64,000 bases of DNA from contig CBDBCR010000001.1 of assembly GCA_965203465.1 (NCBI GenBank), forward strand, positions 352,001-416,000, given 5' to 3'. Origin of the DNA: Nitrosopumilaceae archaeon (GTDB lineage: Archaea; Thermoproteota; Nitrososphaeria; Nitrososphaerales; Nitrosopumilaceae). Positions 58,381 through 64,000 of the stretch are shown piece by piece. A program made the position numbers and the translations under genes. The notes beneath the pieces were generated by a model that had not been told where the DNA came from, did not search any database, and saw only the letters and a list, made by a program, of their open reading frames with translations. Position 1 is the first letter of the stretch; every line of letters starts with the position of its first letter.

Positions 58381-58415
58381 GCCCTGCGCCGTTGACCGGG
58401 CTTGGCTACCCCCGC
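58331..58415 (-). tRNA. tRNA-Leu(UAG)
   Basis: Reverse complement GCGGGGGTAGCCAAGCCCGG...CT-TAG-GA...GTTCGAATCCCGCCCCCCGCA with a long variable arm. Confidence 0.95.
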
Positions 58416-58577
58416 GCCCGGCGACGGCCGCGGATGCAAGTTAACTGTTGCGGGCGGCCGCAGAATCTGCAGGAAAGATCCAGGCGCTTGCCGGCAACGC
58501 CCGCCGGCGCCCGGATCCCGCGGGAATCCTACGGCCCAGCCGTTGCATTTTTTTAGCCGGCCGCCCGCCCCGCGCCG

Positions 58578-58958
58578 TTGAGGGATTCCGAGACGTTCGG
58601 CGTGGAGAGCGGCAGGCAGGACGTCATAGACTGGCTCAACGAGACGGCGCGCTCGGAGGGATCCAAGTTCGAGGCGCGCCTGTACGGGCAGACGGTAAAG
58701 ACGGCCAACTTTGGCGACTTTGACCTCTTTTCGTGGATGGGCGACGTAAAGCAGGCGAGGCGGCTGGTGCAGCGCGCCGGAAAGCGCTTCCGCGTGAGGA
58801 CCGTCGAGGGCGGCTACAAGCCCAAGGAGCGCACCTTCGGCCTCTCCCGGCGGGACTACGCGATGGTGCGCAGGGGCGGCAAGGTAGTCGGCAGGCTGCT
58901 ATTCGAGGCGCCGCGCATCGGCGGCAGCTGGCGCGTGGCCGGGGAAGAGCGCGCATGA
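58578..58958 (+). CDS. Hypothetical protein
   Basis: 126-aa ORF with ATGA overlap into the next gene. Confidence 0.8.
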   Translation: MRDSETFGVESGRQDVIDWLNETARSEGSKFEARLYGQTVKTANFGDFDLFSWMGDVKQARRLVQRAGKRFRVRTVEGGYKPKERTFGLSRRDYAMVRRGGKVVGRLLFEAPRIGGSWRVAGEERA

Positions 58959-59809
58959 TAGGGCTGGTGGGCACCGGCATGCTGGGCCTGGCGGTAGGGC
59001 AGCGCCTGCTCGAATCCGGATACCCGCTGCAGGCGTACAACAGGACGCGCTCAAAGGCCGAGCGGCTGCGCGGCGCCCGGATCTGCGGCTCGCCGGCCGA
59101 GGCCGCGCGCGGCGCGGACCTGACCATAACGGCGGTGACCGACTCGGACGCGCTAGACGAGGTGGCGCTCGGCCCGAGCGGCATAGCGTCGGCCGCCGGC
59201 GGCTCGGCGGTGCTGGACATCAGCACCGTGGATCCGGCAAGGGAGCGGGCCCTCGCCGAAAAGCTGGCCGGCGCCGGATGCGGGCTAGTCGAGGGGCCGG
59301 TCATGGGCGGGCCCGACGCGGCGCTCGAGGGGCGCCTCGTCATGATGGCGTCCGGGCCGCGGGATCTCGTCGAACGGCACAGGGGCGTGCTCGGCTCGGT
59401 GGCATCCGAAATAATATACCTGGGCCCGAGCGGCTCGGCGCACGCCGTAAAGCTCGCGATGAACATGCAGATCGCCTCGCTCGCCATATCCCTATCGGAG
59501 GGCATGGAGCTGGTCCGCGCGTCCGGCATAGACCCGGAAAAGTTCCTGCAGGTGCTCAACGCGACGTACTTTGCCACCGGCATGAGCCGCAAAAAGGCCT
59601 ACCGCATGGCCCGCTCCGAGTACCCGGCCACGTTCACGCTGGCAAACCTCGCAAAGGATCTGGGCCTTGCGTGCGGGCACGCCGGCTCGGTGAACGCGGA
59701 CGTGCCGGCCGCCGAGCTTGCGCGCAAGCTGTACTCGGAGGCCGCCGCCGGGGGCCTCGGGGACCTGGACTACACGGGCATACGCGAGCGGCTGCGGGGC
59801 AACGCCTAA
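58955..59809 (+). CDS. NAD-dependent beta-hydroxyacid dehydrogenase (3-hydroxyisobutyrate/6PGD-like)
   Basis: GTGMLG, YNRT, PVMGG, KLAMN, KDL. Confidence 0.92.
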   Translation: MIGLVGTGMLGLAVGQRLLESGYPLQAYNRTRSKAERLRGARICGSPAEAARGADLTITAVTDSDALDEVALGPSGIASAAGGSAVLDISTVDPARERALAEKLAGAGCGLVEGPVMGGPDAALEGRLVMMASGPRDLVERHRGVLGSVASEIIYLGPSGSAHAVKLAMNMQIASLAISLSEGMELVRASGIDPEKFLQVLNATYFATGMSRKKAYRMARSEYPATFTLANLAKDLGLACGHAGSVNADVPAAELARKLYSEAAAGGLGDLDYTGIRERLRGNA

Positions 59810-59833
59810 ATCAAGAGCCCCCCGCCCGGCCCC

Positions 59834-61069
59834 GTGGAGCTGCCGCGCGGCATGAGGGACATTTCCGGCGCCGAGCTGCGCGGCATCGAGCTTGTCCGGG
59901 GGCAGTTCATGCGCCTCGCCGGACTGTACGGCTACGACTTTGTGGATCCGTCGCCCATCGAATCCCTGAAGGTGCTGGAGGCAAAGTCGGGCCCGTCCAT
60001 ACGCGACGACATATACGCTTTCCAGGACAAGGGCGGCAGGGAAGTTGGGCTGCGCTTCGACTTTACCGTCGGCCTGATGCGGCACGCGGCAGCTCAGCGC
60101 TCCATGCCGCTGCCCGCAAAGCTCGCGTCGTTTGGCGGCGTGTTCCGCTACGACGAGCCGCAGCGCGGCAGGTACCGGTATTTCCACCAGTGGAACGTCG
60201 AGGCGTACGGGCCGTCGGGGCCGGCCGTCGACGCAGAGCTTGCCGAGTTTACGTACGGCATGCTCGACGGCCTCGGCCTGCGCGGCGTCTCTTTGCGGCT
60301 GAATCACCGCGGTTTGGTGGAGGCGCTGCTGACAAAGACGGTGCGGCGCTGCACGCCTCCGATGCTGCGCGCCATGGACCGGCTGCAAAAGCGCCCGCGC
60401 GAGCAGCTCGTATCCGAGCTCGCATCGGCCGGCATCGAGCGCCGAGAGGCCGAACAGGTGCTGGATCTTGCGTCGGTCTCGGGCACTGTAGATACCGTAG
60501 AGTCAAAACTACCGGTCTCGGATCTGGAGCCATGGGGGGATCTGCGCGAGGTGCTAGGCATGCTGGAGGAGCGCGGCGTGCCCGCAGAGGCGGACTTGGG
60601 GATAGTGCGCGGTTTGGACTACTATTCGGGCATAGTGTTCGAGGCCTACGCGGGAAGCAAGGACGCCCTAGCCGGCGGCGGCAGGTACGACAAGCTGGCA
60701 GCGGCAATGGGCAGGGAAGACCTGGGCGCTGCCGGCGCCGCCGGCGGCGTGGAGCGCACCGTCCTGGCCATGGCCGAGCAGAACCTCCTCAAAGAGCCGG
60801 GCCCGCGCGGAACCCGGATAATATACGCAGACGGCATGCAGAAAGAGGCGCTGCTGCTGGCCTCAAAGCTGCGCTCCCGCGGCGTGCAGGCCACCGCCGA
60901 CCTTTCCGCAAAGTCGTTCAAGAAGCAGTTCGAGGCCGCGCGCTCCGCGTCCAGATACGCGGTGATTCTGGAAAAAGGCTCCGTCTCCGTGAGGGATCTG
61001 GAATCCAGGGCGCAGCGGCAGGTCAGCGCGGAGGACCTGCTTGCGGATCCCCGGAAATACCTCCCATGA
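59834..61069 (+). CDS. hisS: Histidyl-tRNA synthetase
   Basis: LRFDFT, FRYDEPQRGRYRYFHQ, RGLDYY, GGGRYD. Confidence 0.96.
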   Translation: MELPRGMRDISGAELRGIELVRGQFMRLAGLYGYDFVDPSPIESLKVLEAKSGPSIRDDIYAFQDKGGREVGLRFDFTVGLMRHAAAQRSMPLPAKLASFGGVFRYDEPQRGRYRYFHQWNVEAYGPSGPAVDAELAEFTYGMLDGLGLRGVSLRLNHRGLVEALLTKTVRRCTPPMLRAMDRLQKRPREQLVSELASAGIERREAEQVLDLASVSGTVDTVESKLPVSDLEPWGDLREVLGMLEERGVPAEADLGIVRGLDYYSGIVFEAYAGSKDALAGGGRYDKLAAAMGREDLGAAGAAGGVERTVLAMAEQNLLKEPGPRGTRIIYADGMQKEALLLASKLRSRGVQATADLSAKSFKKQFEAARSASRYAVILEKGSVSVRDLESRAQRQVSAEDLLADPRKYLP

Positions 61070-61721
61070 GAGCGCGCGTGAGCATCATTATCTCGGGGCC
61101 CGTGGTGAACGAGCCGACCACGGCGCACTTTTCGTTGACCAGCATGCCCGACGAGACGAAGGGCACGCCGCCGTTGACAGTGGCCGGCTCCAGCTTGGCC
61201 CCCATCGCCTTTGAGAGCTTTCTGACCTGCTCCTCGTCGGCCTCGGGGTGCACGATGCCGCCGGACGAGTTTGCCCGCAGCATCGCGCCAGATTGCACGT
61301 AGCCTGCCACCCGCGAGCGGACCACCTCGACGCCGAGCGCATCGCCGGCCATGCTGGCCGCGTCGGGCTCTATGAGGGGAGAGACGACCGCGCCCCTGTC
61401 GTTGGCCGCTATCAGGTTGCCCAGGGCGTTGTGGCGCGTCTGCAATACGCAGACCTTGAGGCCCGTCTTTTCGACGGCGGACACCTCGGAGGGGTGCGCC
61501 GTGGCCGGCAGCAGCGCGGCGCGGCTGTTGGCCACCATCATGGCGCCCACGACCCTGGTCCCGCCTACCGTGGTCAATACGGGCTCGGCGCCCAGCAGCC
61601 CGGCCAGCCTCTCGGCCTTGGCCTCGGCGAAGCCGCCGGGCAGGAACACGAACCCGTCGTTGGCCGCCGCGTACACGCCGACGTTGGGGCCCCTGTACAC
61701 GTCGCACTTTGCGATGTCCAC
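61023..61721 (-). CDS. eif6: Translation initiation factor 6
   Basis: PNVGVY, ALGNLIAAND, TVNGGVPFV, TTGPE. Confidence 0.94.
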   Translation of the reverse strand: MDIAKCDVYRGPNVGVYAAANDGFVFLPGGFAEAKAERLAGLLGAEPVLTTVGGTRVVGAMMVANSRAALLPATAHPSEVSAVEKTGLKVCVLQTRHNALGNLIAANDRGAVVSPLIEPDAASMAGDALGVEVVRSRVAGYVQSGAMLRANSSGGIVHPEADEEQVRKLSKAMGAKLEPATVNGGVPFVSSGMLVNEKCAVVGSFTTGPEIMMLTRALMGGISGDPQAGPPR

Positions 61722-61800
61722 GGCGCGCGGGCCGGCCGGAGCGTTATAACCATTAGGCAGACCTAACGGGGCAGTCTAGGTTTAAATTACAACTTTGTAG

Positions 61801-62340
<540 letters not shown>

Positions 62341-62410
62341 GGCACATTCTCAACTTTTTGTATAGGGCTCATGCCCAACAAATTTTAACCGCGCGCCCCG
62401 CGCGCGCACC

Positions 62411-62494
62411 GCAGAGGTAGCCTAGCCCGGCAGGGCGCGGGCCTTGAGAGCCTGTGCGAGAGATCGCGCGGGGGTTCGAATCCCCCCCTCTGCG
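62411..62494 (+). tRNA. tRNA-Ser(UGA)
   Basis: GCAGAGG acceptor stem, CT-TGA-GA loop, long variable arm, GTTCGAATC, discriminator G. Confidence 0.95.
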
Positions 62495-62495
62495 C

Positions 62496-63431
62496 CTAGC
62501 CCAGCTCGGCCAGCATGGCTGCCAGCTGTATCTCGGCGTTGGCCCCGGAAAGCAGCCGGTAGTCGTACTCTGCTATCCGCTCGAGGGCGCGCGCCGGATC
62601 GGGTAGCCCGACGCGGAAGACCGAGCCGGCCGCGTGCTTTACAAAGTCCGATTCGGACATGCCGTGCACCTTGACCAGCTCTATCATCTTGGCGCGCGCT
62701 TCTTCGAACTTGCCGCCGGCGGCCAGCCGGACCGCCGCGTCGACTTCGGAGGCGCGCGAGAGGCCGGCGGCGGCCTTTACGGACGCCTCGGTTATCTTGC
62801 CCTGGCCGGCCGCCGCCTGGAGCGAGTTTATGGCGTGGCGCAGGTCGCCGCCGGCCAGCTCGTAGAGCGCATCGACGCCGTCGGGGCCTATGGAGACCTT
62901 CTCCTTCTTGGCTATCGAGGCCAGGTGCGCGACGGCCTCTTTTTTGGGGACGGCGCCGAAGCGGAACGAGGCGCACCTGCTCTGTATCGGATCTATTATC
63001 TTCGAGACGGTGTTGGCTATGATGATGAAGCGGCAGTGGGCCGAGGCGTCCTCTATTATGCGGCGCAGCGCCGTCTGCGCGTCGGCGGTCATCTCGTCGG
63101 CCTCGTCCAGTATTATCAGCTTGAAGGGCACCTGCGCGATGCCGGCGAACCTCGAGAACTTTTTGACCTTTTCGCGCACCATCCCGATGCCGCGCTCGTC
63201 CGATGCGTTGAGCTCCAGCGTCGAATCCTTCCAGTTTTCGCCCAGCACCTGCCTTGCGATGCACAGCGCCGTGGTGGTCTTGCCCACGCCGGCCGAGCCC
63301 GAAAAGAGCAGGTGCGGCATCTGCCCCGCCTCCTCCAGCAGGGCGCCTATGCCGCCGGCCACGTCGGCCTGCCCGACCAGCTCCTTGAGCTCCCTGGGCC
63401 TGTACTTTTCGGTCCACATGATGCCGGACAC
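62496..63431 (-). CDS. rfcS: Replication factor C small subunit
   Basis: WTEKYRP, GSAGVGKT, ELNASDERG, DEAD, QSRC. Confidence 0.96.
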   Translation of the reverse strand: MSGIMWTEKYRPRELKELVGQADVAGGIGALLEEAGQMPHLLFSGSAGVGKTTTALCIARQVLGENWKDSTLELNASDERGIGMVREKVKKFSRFAGIAQVPFKLIILDEADEMTADAQTALRRIIEDASAHCRFIIIANTVSKIIDPIQSRCASFRFGAVPKKEAVAHLASIAKKEKVSIGPDGVDALYELAGGDLRHAINSLQAAAGQGKITEASVKAAAGLSRASEVDAAVRLAAGGKFEEARAKMIELVKVHGMSESDFVKHAAGSVFRVGLPDPARALERIAEYDYRLLSGANAEIQLAAMLAELG

Positions 63432-63589
63432 GCCCCCGGCTCCGGCGGCCCCGTACAATAAGGTTTATACGGTACTGTACGGTACCGCTGCCCATGCAGC
63501 AGACGGACGGGCCGGCCCGCAAGTCAACAATATTTGACCCCCGCGGCAAAACGCTTCACTCCGGCGAGGCACCCTCGGATCGGCCATAC

Positions 63590-64000
63590 GTGCTGGTGGG
63601 CGACATCGCCTCGGTGGTGCGCGCGGGCACCGCCGGGTTCAACCTGGAGGACGTGCAGGTGCTCTTTTCGGAGGACGTCGACCTGGAGGTCTCGGGCGTG
63701 CGCGTCGAGGGGCGGCGCGGCGAGATGGCCAACCTGCCGCGCTGGGTCGCCGAGGCCGTCTCGGAGCAGGGCCGCGGCGAGATGCAGGACGAGGACAGTT
63801 TCGTGGAGCTAAAGCAGGCGGTCGTCAAGGAGAACGCGCAGGGCGAGTTCGACGTGGCGCGCCTGGACGGCCACTTTTACATACGGCTGCGCGCCTACAC
63901 CAAGCGCTTGCCCGAGCGCGACCGCGAGAGGGCCGGCAGCCTCCTGAACGATCTGGTGAGGAAGAGGCGCGGCAAGCTGGTCAGGCTGGCCGACTCGTCG
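63590..64000 (+). CDS. GINS subunit (Gins23-like), runs off the window end
   Basis: NLPRWVAE, LDGHFYIRL, RKRRGKLVRLA; open to the window end. Confidence 0.8.
   Translation, partial: MLVGDIASVVRAGTAGFNLEDVQVLFSEDVDLEVSGVRVEGRRGEMANLPRWVAEAVSEQGRGEMQDEDSFVELKQAVVKENAQGEFDVARLDGHFYIRLRAYTKRLPERDRERAGSLLNDLVRKRRGKLVRLADSS

Noticed and set aside
63534-63812. 92-aa ORF from the track
   Set aside because: Wrong frame; the real gene is the GINS ORF starting at 63590 that runs off the window.

Overview
GC-rich archaeal chromosome segment from an ammonia-oxidising thaumarchaeote. amoB, amoC, the ADP-forming 4-hydroxybutyrate-CoA ligase and the LysW pathway point to Nitrosopumilaceae; the high GC resembles sponge-associated lineages (inference). 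About 1-19 kb is mostly a defence/accessory region: an HNH nuclease, a decayed MmeI-like RM gene, a type IIG-like methyltransferase broken at a G9 tract and coupled to a PLD-SNF2 helicase, two ADP-ribosyltransferase-like ORFs, a disrupted Panacea/YwgA-like gene and three paralogous ~100-aa genes. After the ribonucleotide reductase locus, a second accessory block (24.6-29.1 kb) carries the best find: a compact Ubl - E2 - JAB/E1 ubiquitin-like conjugation operon of the bacterial Bub type, here in an archaeon, next to an AAA ATPase. The rest is mostly core: rps19e, Hel308, glycosylation genes, ilvE, FNR, the lys/arg cluster, dph5, amoB/amoC, hisS, aIF6, a ferredoxin, RFC, GINS, tRNA-Leu(UAG) and tRNA-Ser(UGA). 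All calls come from reading motifs by eye; no database searches were run.
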